Notes: generated from the sequence alone by a model not told the origin. A stretch of DNA of 64,000 nt from Acidimicrobiaceae bacterium (GCA_947447175.1 CANFIM010000005.1:4376-68375), one strand, 5' to 3'; shown: positions 1-10,016, counted from the first letter of the stretch. A program made the numbers and translations.

Positions 1-582
1 ATGCAGCTCAATAAATGATGAGGGTGCAAAACCTGGACATGGAGTTGATCCGTTGTATCCAACGCGCTCTAATTCGTCAGCAACACGTGCCCCATCAATA
101 GTCACAGTGTCGAGTGCCTCCTCAACGCTTAGACCACCAACGTAAACAAGAGAACCGAACATGTCGGGTGCAAAGCGCGCACCTTCTTCATTCGTAAAGA
201 ATGCAACTGCAATTGGTCGCGACGGTTGGTGGTTGTTTTCTTGCATGGACTGAATAACTTCCAAACCTGCAAGCACACCCAGGTTGCCGTCGTATTTGCC
301 TCCGGTGCGAACCGTGTCAATGTGGGAGCCAGTCATAACCGGTGATCCGTGGCCTACGTTCCATGTTCCAACAACGTTGCCCACAACATCGATGGTCACT
401 TCAAGTCCGAGTTCTTTCATCCACCCAACGACAAGGTCGCGACCCGCAGCGTCTTCGTCTGTGAGAGCAAGCCGACTGGACCCGCCGCCTGGGATGGGGG
501 AGATGGTGGCCAAATCCATCAGTCGCTGCATGAGGCGTTCGCCGTTCACGCGCATGAGAGGTGCTGGGGAAGCCAAGGCCAT
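1..582 (-). CDS. M20-family Zn amidase (allantoate amidohydrolase / N-carbamoyl-L-amino-acid hydrolase type); N-terminal part only, C-terminus lies beyond the window start
   Basis: Absent from the ORF track because it is open at the window edge. My reverse-strand translation from ATG 582 reads MALASPAPLMRVNGERLMQRLMDLATISPIPGGGSSRLALTDEDAAGRDLV...VMTGSHIDTVRTGGKYDGNLGVLAGLEVI...AFFTNEEGARF. It carries the GSHxDTVxxGGxxDG metal-site signature and has no stop down to base 1. Confidence 0.75.
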   Translation of the reverse strand, partial: MALASPAPLMRVNGERLMQRLMDLATISPIPGGGSSRLALTDEDAAGRDLVVGWMKELGLEVTIDVVGNVVGTWNVGHGSPVMTGSHIDTVRTGGKYDGNLGVLAGLEVIQSMQENNHQPSRPIAVAFFTNEEGARFAPDMFGSLVYVGGLSVEEALDTVTIDGARVADELERVGYNGSTPCPGFAPSSFIELH

Positions 583-611
583 AGGGAAAGTGTACGAAAT
601 GTAAAGCCAGA

Positions 612-1421
612 ATGGCTGAATCATTGAGCTTCGGCTGGACACCCCAAGCGCATCACTCCGTGGCTCGGTGCAAATGCCTAGGGTTTCACGCCGTGAGTGG
701 CGTTGAGATTCTGTGGGTTGTGTCCTGCATCGCTGTGGCTGCATTCGCGCAATCTCTGGCAGGTTTTGGCTTTGCCCTCTTGTCGGTGCCGATGATGCAA
801 CTGGTGCTCAGCCCTCGTGACGCCGTTGTCATCTCAACGTTGATAGCCGCGGTGTCCACTACGAGCCAAGCGGTTGTCGACCGTAAAAGTGTTGATCGAG
901 CATCCGTGAAGCGACTCACCATTGCGTCTTATCTGGGGATGCCTGCCGGCTTGGCCCTCTTTGTTCTTGTCTCTGACTCGGTATTGCGCCTCACTTTGGG
1001 TGTTGTGGTGATCTTGGCCGCTGTGGTTCTCTCCCGCGGTTTCTCATTGCGAGACGACGATTTCAGATCCGATTGGGCCCTTGGAATTCTGAGTGGCATT
1101 TTGGCTACTTCAACTTCAACCAATGGCCCGCCATTGGTGTTTGTGTTGCAAGCACGCAAGATGTCTCCCGAGGTGTTTCGATCCACCATCAACACGATCT
1201 TCTCGCTTGCGAATTTGGGAGCCCTTGTGTTCTTTTTCAGCTCTGGAAAAGTTAGCTCACATAGCTTGCTGGGCGCGCTCATTGGGCTTCCCGCAATGTT
1301 TGTTGCATTGCGAATTGGATATTCATTGCGACCGCGAGTAAGTGCCGAGTTCTTTCGCAAACTGGTGTTGGTGACGTTGACCTTGTCCGGTGTGAGCCTG
1401 CTTTTGAAGGTAGTGCTGTAG
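612..1421 (+). CDS. TSUP-family membrane permease (TauE/SafE sulfite-exporter family)
   Basis: 269-aa ORF with multiple hydrophobic helices. AQSLAGFGFALLSVP and STSTNGPPLVF blocks are typical of TauE/SafE. An in-frame GTG at 693 (VSGVEILWVV) is an equally plausible start. Confidence 0.75.
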   Translation: MAESLSFGWTPQAHHSVARCKCLGFHAVSGVEILWVVSCIAVAAFAQSLAGFGFALLSVPMMQLVLSPRDAVVISTLIAAVSTTSQAVVDRKSVDRASVKRLTIASYLGMPAGLALFVLVSDSVLRLTLGVVVILAAVVLSRGFSLRDDDFRSDWALGILSGILATSTSTNGPPLVFVLQARKMSPEVFRSTINTIFSLANLGALVFFFSSGKVSSHSLLGALIGLPAMFVALRIGYSLRPRVSAEFFRKLVLVTLTLSGVSLLLKVVL

Positions 1422-2144
1422 CTAGTGACCAAACATCATGAGCCATTGCTCACGTGATCGTGGTTTGAACACGTAGTTGTATTCCTTCACTTCGGACATG
1501 CGACCTGCAGGAGCATCTGAATACCGGTGACCAGGTAGCACGATTGTTTCGTCGGGAAGTGACGCCAATGTTGTGAGGCTTTCGTACATTTGCTCAACAT
1601 CTGAACCAGGTAAGTCGGTGCGACCACAACCTTCGAGGAAGAGTGTGTCGCCAGATATCAAACAACCGGCAGTCAAAAAACATTGGCTCCCTGGAGTGTG
1701 GCCTGGAGTGTGGATACACGTGACAGGAAGATTTCCCACCATGATGACATCGCCCGCTTCATGAGTAACGATGTCGCTCTCTGAGATACCCGTTGTTCGA
1801 GCAACCCACGGCGCTTCATGCACGTTGACATGGATAGGAACGTGATGGGTCTCAAGCAAGGTAGACACGCCTTCAATGGTGTGACCCATCATGGATCCAC
1901 CAACGTGGTCCGGGTGGTAGTGGCTGGCCAAAACGCCCGTTACTTTCATTCCATCAGCTTCTGCTATCGCCACAATCTCTTGTACGGCATATGCAGGATC
2001 AACAATCACGCACTCACCTGTTTCCCGATCTCCGAGTAGATAGGCGAAGTTCACCATTTGCCTGGCAACCATGTTGTCGGCCCCGAAGTCTTGGCCGCTG
2101 AGAAGCTGGCGGAAATACACGGGATTGGTCTCGGTGGTGCTCAC
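1422..2144 (-). CDS. MBL-fold metallo-hydrolase (glyoxalase II / persulfide dioxygenase-like)
   Basis: 240 aa. Carries the HYHPDHVGG (HxHxDH) zinc motif, then HTPGHTPG and LPGH. Its stop codon directly abuts the stop of the convergent TauE gene. Confidence 0.8.
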   Translation of the reverse strand: MSTTETNPVYFRQLLSGQDFGADNMVARQMVNFAYLLGDRETGECVIVDPAYAVQEIVAIAEADGMKVTGVLASHYHPDHVGGSMMGHTIEGVSTLLETHHVPIHVNVHEAPWVARTTGISESDIVTHEAGDVIMVGNLPVTCIHTPGHTPGSQCFLTAGCLISGDTLFLEGCGRTDLPGSDVEQMYESLTTLASLPDETIVLPGHRYSDAPAGRMSEVKEYNYVFKPRSREQWLMMFGH

Positions 2145-2162
2145 ACAGAGCAGAATAGAGCA

Positions 2163-3650
2163 ATGGCGAAGGCTCAGACATTCCAGACCGGCGATCGATT
2201 CATTGTGGGCAATGAAGTTGTGGTGCTGGGAGCTGAGTTTGCAGCCTCTTTAGAAAGTGGCGATTCGGTCTTGGCGGTTTCAGCAACCCATAGTTTGAAG
2301 CGCATTCCGGCGCAGGTCCTTTCCTTAGTCGACACAAGCGTGAGCGCTGCAGTGGAAGCGTTTAGAGAACTTTCTCAGACAGACGCGCAGAAAATTGACA
2401 GGTTCTTTGAAGTCGCAGCCGACCATCTACGTGACGATGGCATCTTTGAAAATATTGAGGATGCAAATCTCGCCGATGTGGCAGAAGCGGTGGGCCGAAA
2501 TCGTTCCACCACCCGGTTAGTTCTCTCCGAGAAAATGCGTACCGACATGGTTGAAGCTTTTCTTATGTGGCGAAATGCTGACATGTCGCCATCATTTAAG
2601 ATTGATGAGACCCTTCATGAGGGTTGGACTGTTGAACAATGGCGAGCACCTTTGGGTGTTATCGGATTCGTCTTTGAAGGTCGTCCGAATGTGTTTGCTG
2701 ACGCAACAGGGGTGTTGAAGAGCGGAAACACAGTGGTGTTCCGAATTGGCAGCGATGCTTTGCGGACTGCTCAGGCAATTATGGAGTACATCATTCGACC
2801 AGCACTTAACACAGCTGGCCTTCCTGTTGGCGCAGTGCAACTGGTGGAATCTCGCGAACACGCTGCGGGCTGGCAGCTCTTCTCAGACAACAGGCTGTCG
2901 CTTGCAGTAGCGCGAGGTAGTGGGGAGGCTGTTGCAGAATTGGGTTCAATCGCTCAGCAGTCGGGAATACCTGTCAGTCTCCATGGCACCGGAGGAGCAT
3001 GGATGATTGTTGGTGAATCGGCTGATGCGCTGGAACTTGCTCACGTTGTTGAACACAGCCTGGATCGAAAAGTATGCAACACCTTGAATGTCATCTGTGT
3101 TCCACGCGCAATGGCTTCAACTGGTGTGCCAAAAATAATTGAAGCCTCAACTAGAGCGGCCACGAAGCGTGGAACCTTGCCAAGAGTTCACGCCGTCAAT
3201 GGGGCAGAGGCGTTTATGGATGGTGAAGTAGTTATCGACGTTCATCGAGCAGACGGACTTCACAAGGAGAAGCAAGTCTCGCTTGCAACAGAATCTGATC
3301 TCTCCTCTGAATTTGAATGGGAAGAGAACCCCGAATTCTTCGTAGTACTGGTTGATTCAACGCAACACGCCGTTGATTTATTTAACAGTCACAGCCCCCA
3401 ATTTGTTGTGAGCGCGGTGACGAAGGATGCTGCAGAAGAAGAGTTCGTGTGGCGTTCCTGCAATGCTCCATTTTTCGGAAATGGATTTACGCGGTGGGTA
3501 GACGGTCAATTCTCCCTACTCCGACCAGAACTTGGTCTCAGTAATTGGCAGAGCGGACGATTATTTTCACGTAGCGGAATTCTTTCCGGTGATTCCGCGT
3601 TCACCGTCCGTCTACGCGTACAACAACGAGATTCGTCGTTGCATCGATAG
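2163..3650 (+). CDS. gamma-glutamyl phosphate reductase (ProA)-like aldehyde dehydrogenase, atypically long
   Basis: ProA-like blocks are PLGVIGFVFEGRPNV, VESREHA, SLHGTGGAWMIV and DRKVCNTLNVICV (catalytic Cys). Start set at ATG 2163 (MAKAQ), because the track ORF from 2058 would overlap the divergent MBL gene. Confidence 0.6.
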   Translation: MAKAQTFQTGDRFIVGNEVVVLGAEFAASLESGDSVLAVSATHSLKRIPAQVLSLVDTSVSAAVEAFRELSQTDAQKIDRFFEVAADHLRDDGIFENIEDANLADVAEAVGRNRSTTRLVLSEKMRTDMVEAFLMWRNADMSPSFKIDETLHEGWTVEQWRAPLGVIGFVFEGRPNVFADATGVLKSGNTVVFRIGSDALRTAQAIMEYIIRPALNTAGLPVGAVQLVESREHAAGWQLFSDNRLSLAVARGSGEAVAELGSIAQQSGIPVSLHGTGGAWMIVGESADALELAHVVEHSLDRKVCNTLNVICVPRAMASTGVPKIIEASTRAATKRGTLPRVHAVNGAEAFMDGEVVIDVHRADGLHKEKQVSLATESDLSSEFEWEENPEFFVVLVDSTQHAVDLFNSHSPQFVVSAVTKDAAEEEFVWRSCNAPFFGNGFTRWVDGQFSLLRPELGLSNWQSGRLFSRSGILSGDSAFTVRLRVQQRDSSLHR

Positions 3651-3652
3651 AG

Positions 3653-4495
3653 CTATTGCAGTAAAAGATTGTCGATGAGGCGAACGTCATCGAACCAGCA
3701 AGCAATACAAATGACGGAGTTTTTGGTGGCTTGGGTTTGTGGCATCAGAGTTTGACTTTCACTCACAGTGACATACTCAATTGTGCATAGCGAGGCACTT
3801 GAGAGAACCTGCGAAGCAGCTTCTTCAAGGGTAATTGCGTTTCTTTCGCCATTTTGAAAAAGTGTTCGTGCGGTAGTGAGTGCGCGATAAATACAACTTG
3901 CCTGTTCACGCGCATCTGCGGAAAGTCGAACATTCCTGCTAGATAACGCAAGTCCGTCTGGCTCTCTCACTGTGGGTACTCCCACAATTCGAACATCCAT
4001 ATCGAGAGAGTGAACGGTCTCTTTCACTACTGCAAGTTGCTGGAAGTCCTTTTGACCAAAATATGCATGGTGCGGTAGTACGGCATTAAGAAGTTTGATG
4101 ACAATTGTTGCCACACCCCGAAAATGTCCGGGTCGACCTTCGCCCTCCATGGGGTCAGATGAAGCCCCAGGCTCAATGTAGGTGCGGTAACCCTCTGGGT
4201 ACATAGCTGCGCTTGAAGGCGCGTAGATAGCAGTGGCCCCGTGTGCCTGTGCGACCTTTACATCGCTGTCAAATGATCGCGGGTATTTCTCAAAGTCTGA
4301 TTGCACATTGAATTGTGTTGGGTTCACAAAAATTGACACAACTGTTTGTGTGTTGTCTTTCGAACTAACAGAAATGAGTTCTGCATGTCCGGCGTGAAGA
4401 GCGCCCATGGTCGGCACAAAGCCAATTGTGTGCCCGGAAGTGCGCATGCTTCGCGACCATGCATGCATGTCAGCTGGTGTTCGCAGAATGAACAT
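3653..4495 (-). CDS. panC: pantoate--beta-alanine ligase
   Basis: 280 aa. PTMGALHAGHAELI (HxGH), FGQKDFQQ and LSSRN motifs. Immediately downstream of panB with a 1-nt gap. Confidence 0.9.
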   Translation of the reverse strand: MFILRTPADMHAWSRSMRTSGHTIGFVPTMGALHAGHAELISVSSKDNTQTVVSIFVNPTQFNVQSDFEKYPRSFDSDVKVAQAHGATAIYAPSSAAMYPEGYRTYIEPGASSDPMEGEGRPGHFRGVATIVIKLLNAVLPHHAYFGQKDFQQLAVVKETVHSLDMDVRIVGVPTVREPDGLALSSRNVRLSADAREQASCIYRALTTARTLFQNGERNAITLEEAASQVLSSASLCTIEYVTVSESQTLMPQTQATKNSVICIACWFDDVRLIDNLLLQ

Positions 4496-4496
4496 G

Positions 4497-5318
4497 TCAG
4501 TGGAAGCTATGTTCCTCGTCCGGCCAAGCCGACGATTTCACCTCAGACACGTACTGTTCCACAGCCTGTGTTGCAATGGTGCGCAAATCTGCATATGCCT
4601 TTGCGAAAGTAAATGTCTTCGGTGAGAGTCCAAGCAGATCGTGCATCACTAGTACTTGTCCGTCACAGTGAATGCCTGCACCGATACCTATGGTGGGAAT
4701 TGAAAGTGTTCGCGTAATTTCTTCAGCTAATTCGGCCGGAACACCTTCGATAACAACGGCGCAGGCTCCAGACTCTTCAACAGCTATTGCATCAGCAATG
4801 AGACGATCGCGACTTCCTGCACCTTCACCGTTTGTACGTCCTTGAATTTTGTTACCGCCCATGCGGTGGAAACTCTGTGGAGTGAGTCCGATGTGGCCCA
4901 TGACGGGAATATCCGCGTTTGCAATTGCTGAGATGGAGTCTTGAACAAAAATGCCTCCTTCAAGCTTCACGATTTCTGCACCTGCCTTGACAAGACGCAC
5001 TGCATTGTCGACTGCATCGACGGAGGAGGATTGATATGAACCAAAAGGCATGTCTCCAACAATGAGCGCACGAGGTTGGGCACTGGCTACTAAGCGAACG
5101 TGGTACACCATTTCTTCCATGCTGACGCCCAGAGTGTTGCGTTGGCCCTGCATGACTGTTGCCACCGAATCGCCCACGAGTATTAAGTCCACGCCACCAG
5201 CATCAACGATGCTTGCGAATGTGGAGTCATATGCAGTCACCATCGACAACGGTGCGTGTTCTGACTTGCGTACCGCCAATTGTGGGACGGTCATTTTGGG
5301 GCGTATTGGCGTGGTCAT
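4497..5318 (-). CDS. panB: 3-methyl-2-oxobutanoate hydroxymethyltransferase
   Basis: 273 aa. Blocks MVTAYDSTFASIVDAGGVDLILVGDS, VGDMPFGSY and GHIGLTPQ are characteristic of PanB. Confidence 0.9.
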   Translation of the reverse strand: MTTPIRPKMTVPQLAVRKSEHAPLSMVTAYDSTFASIVDAGGVDLILVGDSVATVMQGQRNTLGVSMEEMVYHVRLVASAQPRALIVGDMPFGSYQSSSVDAVDNAVRLVKAGAEIVKLEGGIFVQDSISAIANADIPVMGHIGLTPQSFHRMGGNKIQGRTNGEGAGSRDRLIADAIAVEESGACAVVIEGVPAELAEEITRTLSIPTIGIGAGIHCDGQVLVMHDLLGLSPKTFTFAKAYADLRTIATQAVEQYVSEVKSSAWPDEEHSFH

Positions 5319-5394
5319 AGTAGATCCCTTTTCGGGACTTTTAGGTTACGCCCGCTCTCGTGAGTCGGCACCTAGGAAATAGTGACCCAGGTCT

Positions 5395-6819
5395 CTATTT
5401 TGCGAACAACAAGCGGATGGGCGATTCCGGATCATTGACCGTGCTGCATTCAGCATCGATCACCATCGTTGTGCGTGTTGCGGTGTTGTACTGAGCCCAT
5501 TTGGCCTCAGATGTTGAAGCAAAACCAGCAGCAAAGTCCGCAAAATTTCTTGCAATTGCTTGGCGTTCATCTCCGTTGCCAGTAAACAATTCTGCGCCAT
5601 CTTGATGGAGATTGTCGAACGCAAATGGAATATCAAGCGCGTGGCAGCAGCCGAGAATTCCGCCAAAGGCAGGGGACTGCCATGTGAACCAGTACATCCA
5701 AGTTGGGGACTGTGAGTCTGCCCTTTGTTCTGCAAGTGAAATAGCACGAGAGCGGAAAGATGTGTCTGTTTGAACGGCGGAACAGAGGTTCTTTACAGAC
5801 TCGCCAGGTCGGAGTGACTCGTATGCAGAGATTGCTGCATCTGCTCGATCACCGAAAGCATTCTTGGCAAAGTCAACCCAATGGTCTCTCGGTGCTGAGT
5901 CGAGAGATGTGTCGAATGCAGACCAGAGTTTGTTTTCATCTCTGTTGGTTCCGATGACGAGCGGACGCTTGTCGCTAGCAGCTCTGCCCAAAATGTCAGC
6001 ATCAAGAAGTGTTCCGGCAGCAGTTGGCGAATACATATCGAAATTTTTGGAGGTCATAGTGATGACTTGTTTTTGTACTTCAAGAAGCTCTTCTGTGGAC
6101 TTGGTAGCCAATTCCTCTACCGATGCAACCTTGGCAGTAGATAAGTTCTGTTGTAACCAGTGTTCAGCTGATGCTTGATCACGCAGTTGTCCAATTGATG
6201 GGCTGAAAGCCCATACCTTGTGGAACAAACTTTTTGCCGCATCGCACGCCATAAGAGAAATCACCGCTGATCCGCCAGCAGACTCACCAAAAATTGTGAC
6301 ATTGGAAGGATCTCCACCAAAGGCTGAGATGTTCTTGTTGACCCAACGGAGTGAACTCACCATGTCCTGAGTGCCCAGGTTCGAATTACCTAAGAATCCG
6401 AAGATGCCGAGCCGGTAGTTCACAGTGACCACAATGCAGTCTCTGGAGGCAAGCGATGTTCCGTTGTACCACGACAATGATCCGCTTCCGTTTGTGTACG
6501 CGCCGCCGTGAATCCATACAAGTACTGGCAACTTTGTCGTTGTTGACGCGGATGATGGTGTGTATACGTTCAGGAAATGGCAGTCCTCATTCATTTCTTC
6601 TACGACACCCACCATTGTCTCAAGCGAACCAGGCAACTGCGGACAAATGGGTTTGTACTCCATGGCGTCAACGATGCCGTTCTCGTTCGCATCTGTGGGC
6701 GCCTGGAATCGACCTGCCGTTGCGAACCGTATTCCACGGAATTCTGCTGATCCATTGGATAGTTTGACGCCACGGTATGTGGCTGCTGGAGTTTTTACTT
6801 CGGCTATTTCGTTAGACAT
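5395..6819 (-). CDS. type-B carboxylesterase (para-nitrobenzyl esterase-like)
   Basis: 474 aa. LPVLVWIHGGAY oxyanion region and the FGESAGG nucleophile elbow. Confidence 0.85.
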   Translation of the reverse strand: MSNEIAEVKTPAATYRGVKLSNGSAEFRGIRFATAGRFQAPTDANENGIVDAMEYKPICPQLPGSLETMVGVVEEMNEDCHFLNVYTPSSASTTTKLPVLVWIHGGAYTNGSGSLSWYNGTSLASRDCIVVTVNYRLGIFGFLGNSNLGTQDMVSSLRWVNKNISAFGGDPSNVTIFGESAGGSAVISLMACDAAKSLFHKVWAFSPSIGQLRDQASAEHWLQQNLSTAKVASVEELATKSTEELLEVQKQVITMTSKNFDMYSPTAAGTLLDADILGRAASDKRPLVIGTNRDENKLWSAFDTSLDSAPRDHWVDFAKNAFGDRADAAISAYESLRPGESVKNLCSAVQTDTSFRSRAISLAEQRADSQSPTWMYWFTWQSPAFGGILGCCHALDIPFAFDNLHQDGAELFTGNGDERQAIARNFADFAAGFASTSEAKWAQYNTATRTTMVIDAECSTVNDPESPIRLLFAK

Positions 6820-6857
6820 ATTGGCTACCGTACATTCGTTTTCTGTAGCGTTGCGAC

Positions 6858-7478
6858 ATGTTCTCTGCCCTCATCTCGAGATTGTTTGTTAGATGGGATA
6901 AGTGGATTCACATCAAAGCCTCTATCGGGCCTACCGACATGAGGGGTAGGGCCTTCAAGTCCTTCGGAGCAAGAAGCTTGATCATGTGGCGCCCGAACAC
7001 CATTTTCAATGAGCGTTATATCGAAATAGGTACTGACACTTTGATTGGACCAGGCGTATCGCTGTCGGCCGGAATGGTGCCTGGCCAAGAATGCATTACG
7101 TCTCCGGTTGTTCGTATTGGAGATAGGTGTCTGATCGGCAAGGGAAGCGGAATCGTTGGTCACTTCTCCATCACAATCGGCAACGACGTGTGGACCGGCC
7201 ATCACGTGTACATCACTGACCAAAACCACGGATATGAAAATGTTTCGCGTCCAATTTCTCAGCAATCTCAGCCCGAACGTGCAGTGGTGATTGGCGACGA
7301 AACCTGGCTCGGATATGGCTCGGTGGTGTTGCCTGGTGTCACCATCGGCAAACACGTTGTGATTGGTGCTAACTCAGTGGTGACAAGAGATATCCCTGAT
7401 TACTCAGTTGCAGTTGGTTCTCCTGCACGCGTTGTGAGGAAATACGTTGAAGGGACTGGTTGGGTCAGTGTTGACTAG
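6858..7478 (+). CDS. hexapeptide-repeat (left-handed beta-helix) acyl/acetyltransferase
   Basis: 206 aa. Repeated [LIV]-G-x4 hexapeptides ([46 protein letters not shown]) as in maltose/galactoside O-acetyltransferase-like enzymes. Confidence 0.75.
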   Translation: MFSALISRLFVRWDKWIHIKASIGPTDMRGRAFKSFGARSLIMWRPNTIFNERYIEIGTDTLIGPGVSLSAGMVPGQECITSPVVRIGDRCLIGKGSGIVGHFSITIGNDVWTGHHVYITDQNHGYENVSRPISQQSQPERAVVIGDETWLGYGSVVLPGVTIGKHVVIGANSVVTRDIPDYSVAVGSPARVVRKYVEGTGWVSVD

Positions 7479-7996
7479 ACCGAAAGATCCAGTGGAGGCT
7501 GGCAAGTCTTCATATCGTTTTCGCGCGCAAATTTTCCGATTCGTTCGCTAATGGGCACGCCCTCAACTTCGGTCTCGGCAAAAAAAGGTCGACGTGATGC
7601 AGTTCTCAATTCGACAGCAAAAGCTCGACGATCTTTTATGTACGTTCGGTAATCAGAAATCCAGTCAGGCACGATGGCTTTTCCCTTAGCGTCCGAAGGA
7701 GCGTCAGCGGCTATGGAGTCAATGGCCTCCTCTAAGGAATCTGTTGCGCGATCAATTAAGTCAGCTTTTTTCTTCAACGCATTTTCGTCGTTCGGGTCCA
7801 TTGCGGTGAGGTCTTGCATCGAGAAGCGTTGATCTTCTGCCCGTTTGCACGCGGCTTGGGAACGAGCTTTCCACGCATCATCACCAATGCGGTTAACGCT
7901 CTCTCGCGGCGCGAAGATGAACGCATACACCCACATCAGGGCAATGAGCCCGCAAATAATTGACAGGCCTATGCGGGTAACCCAGGTGCGATTCAT
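7475..7996 (-). CDS. hypothetical membrane-anchored protein
   Basis: 173 aa. One N-terminal hydrophobic helix ([21 protein letters not shown]) followed by a charged helical domain. No family recognised. Its stop overlaps the convergent acetyltransferase stop (CTAG). Confidence 0.5.
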   Translation of the reverse strand: MNRTWVTRIGLSIICGLIALMWVYAFIFAPRESVNRIGDDAWKARSQAACKRAEDQRFSMQDLTAMDPNDENALKKKADLIDRATDSLEEAIDSIAADAPSDAKGKAIVPDWISDYRTYIKDRRAFAVELRTASRRPFFAETEVEGVPISERIGKFARENDMKTCQPPLDLSV

Positions 7997-8017
7997 TCCT
8001 AGATGTTAGGAGGTGAA

Positions 8018-8506
8018 CTATTGCTTCGCAGGTCGATACGAGAGCGTTAAATGACACACGGCAGCAATGATGCCCATTGGTAGCACCCACACGTTGAAGG
8101 TGTTCGAGAGATCGACAAGGTTGTCGATTGAGTACTTCCCGGCACCAAGTGCGCCGAGTGAAGTGGCTACCACAACAATTGAAGCGCAGTATTCCCATCC
8201 GCCATTCGGAAGAAAAATGAAATAACCAACTTTCCAATGCACGGTCACAATTGCCACCACCATGAGAGACACGAATGCAGCACAAGCGAATGGAAGGGCT
8301 AGTCCAATTGCCATGAGCACTCCAGCAACAATTTCAATAGTTGCTGCTGTAGCGGCTTGGGCCCGCGGCCACTTCATTCCGATACTGCCGAACCAACCAG
8401 CTGTTCCCGACAACCCGTTACCACGCACTTTGTTGACACCGTGATACGCCATGGAAAGCCCGAATGCCACACGGAGAAGAAGTACAGCCATATCAATATT
8501 GCGCAT
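8018..8506 (-). CDS. DoxX-family membrane protein
   Basis: 162 aa with four hydrophobic segments. The N-terminal LLLRVAFGLSMAYHGVNK matches the DoxX signature region. Confidence 0.75.
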   Translation of the reverse strand: MRNIDMAVLLLRVAFGLSMAYHGVNKVRGNGLSGTAGWFGSIGMKWPRAQAATAATIEIVAGVLMAIGLALPFACAAFVSLMVVAIVTVHWKVGYFIFLPNGGWEYCASIVVVATSLGALGAGKYSIDNLVDLSNTFNVWVLPMGIIAAVCHLTLSYRPAKQ

Positions 8507-8559
8507 ATCGACACTGTAGATGGCATGAAAGCCACATCGATGACTGTCAGACTGTGCCT

Positions 8560-9294
8560 ATGGGCTTACGACATCGGCAGATCTTGTCGGCATGTATGGT
8601 GCTGGCCATTGGCCTCTCAACAGGGTCTTGCTCGGGCAAAAGCGTCTCTTTCTGCTCCCAGTCAGTTTCTGTTGCAGGGCTCACTACTTTGCTTTCGCAC
8701 GGGTTGGATGACATTCCGGAGTCTCAGTATCCAGCGTTGCAAAAAGATCTCTTATTCGCCTATAACGCTGCTTTTGAAACTATGAAGGATGAGGAATCAA
8801 CTTCTGATGCAACTCGTTTAGGAGTCAAACTTCAAAAATTCATCAAGATCATGGAAAGTCTCGATTGGGATTTCAGTGCTGCGCTACTAAATGAAGAAGC
8901 AATCAGTGCAGCGAATGATCTAGGTACAAGCGAATCGCTGTTGCAGGCCAATGCGGTGGAGTCATTTGTTATTACGCATTGTGGAATGCCGAGCACTATT
9001 GCAAACGACTTGTCGGCGGACACTCTTCCTTTCCCGTCTATAGCGTCACCAACTGCTACAGATCCACCGTTGAAGGCAATTAATCAAGATTCCGAGTACA
9101 TCGCGACGGGCAAATTACTTGGCTCTATTTACGGCGCAAATGTAAATGAGGAAGAAGCAAAATGCATTGGCTCTGCCTTGAACGGCGTGTACGACGTCAG
9201 CTCTTCAGATTCGAATATCTCGCAGTATGTGGGTCAGTTTCAAAAAGCATTCACTGCCTGCGGAGTCAACATAGTTATTCCAACAAATTCATAG
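8560..9294 (+). CDS. hypothetical secreted protein, possibly a lipoprotein
   Basis: Start moved to ATG 8560. MGLRHRQILSACMVLAIGLSTGSCSGK looks like a signal peptide with a Cys just after the hydrophobic core (non-canonical lipobox). The rest is acidic with no family recognised. The track start at 8464 would overlap the DoxX gene. Confidence 0.5.
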   Translation: MGLRHRQILSACMVLAIGLSTGSCSGKSVSFCSQSVSVAGLTTLLSHGLDDIPESQYPALQKDLLFAYNAAFETMKDEESTSDATRLGVKLQKFIKIMESLDWDFSAALLNEEAISAANDLGTSESLLQANAVESFVITHCGMPSTIANDLSADTLPFPSIASPTATDPPLKAINQDSEYIATGKLLGSIYGANVNEEEAKCIGSALNGVYDVSSSDSNISQYVGQFQKAFTACGVNIVIPTNS

Positions 9295-9329
9295 CGATAG
9301 AATCGGAATTGCTTCGTTAATGTGGAGCC

Positions 9330-10016
9330 ATGGAAATTGTCATACTTCGTCATGCGGAACCCGAATGGACGAAAGATGGATTCTCGGTTGACAACCCACC
9401 ATTAACAAAACGCGGATTTCAACAAGCTGAACTTCTCGCAGAATCATTGAAACTTGAACACTTTGATGAGGTTCTGGTGTCGCCGCTCTTGCGTACGCAA
9501 CAAACGGCGGCACCACTATTGAGTGTTCTTCACAGAGAGCTTGTGATTTCCGAATGGTTAGAAGAGATTAGAAACCCGATTTGGCACGGTACTCCTGAAG
9601 AGAAAGCCAATGCGGCATGGAAGGCGGAGAAATCAAAGAACTCCCATGATCGCTGGACGGGCCTTGATGGTGGAGAAGCTGTTGACGCTTTTGTTGATCG
9701 CATCAATGTTGGAGCAAGTCTTTTCCTAGAAGAGAGAGGCATTGTTCGTGCCAACAACGCACTTCCTGTGTGGGAGACAACAGATGCGTATCGCGAAAAT
9801 CACCGAGTGGCCGTCGTTGCACACGCAGGCACCGGAAGCGTGGCAATTTGCCACATGCTTGGCCTTCAACCCACACCATGGGAGTGGGAACGATTTGTCA
9901 TTGGGCATGCTTCCATTAATCGAGTGAAAACTTTCCCGCTAGGAGATGGCATCACATTTGGTCTGTCACAACTCTCAATGAATGAGCATCTCCCCATGGA
10001 TATGCGCACATACTAA
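9330..10016 (+). CDS. histidine phosphatase family protein (phosphoglycerate mutase-like)
   Basis: 228 aa. N-terminal ILRHAEPEW (RHG-type motif) and a later VVAHAGTG histidine block. Confidence 0.8.
   Translation: MEIVILRHAEPEWTKDGFSVDNPPLTKRGFQQAELLAESLKLEHFDEVLVSPLLRTQQTAAPLLSVLHRELVISEWLEEIRNPIWHGTPEEKANAAWKAEKSKNSHDRWTGLDGGEAVDAFVDRINVGASLFLEERGIVRANNALPVWETTDAYRENHRVAVVAHAGTGSVAICHMLGLQPTPWEWERFVIGHASINRVKTFPLGDGITFGLSQLSMNEHLPMDMRTY

Noticed and set aside
284-627. Two plus-strand ORFs (106 and 92 aa) at the left edge
   Set aside because: They are shadows of the minus-strand M20 amidase gene (1-582), whose translation shows clear family motifs.
929-1432. 167-aa minus-strand ORF
   Set aside because: It is antisense to the TauE/SafE permease, has an Arg/Thr-rich composition and fits no family.
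6825-7355. 176-aa minus-strand ORF
   Set aside because: It is antisense to the hexapeptide-repeat acyltransferase, whose repeat pattern identifies the true frame.
8560-10016. Possible low-GC horizontally acquired islet (lipoprotein-like and histidine phosphatase genes look more AT-rich)
   Set aside because: This is an impression by eye only; no GC or codon statistics were computed. There are no flanking repeats, tRNA or integrase to support an island.
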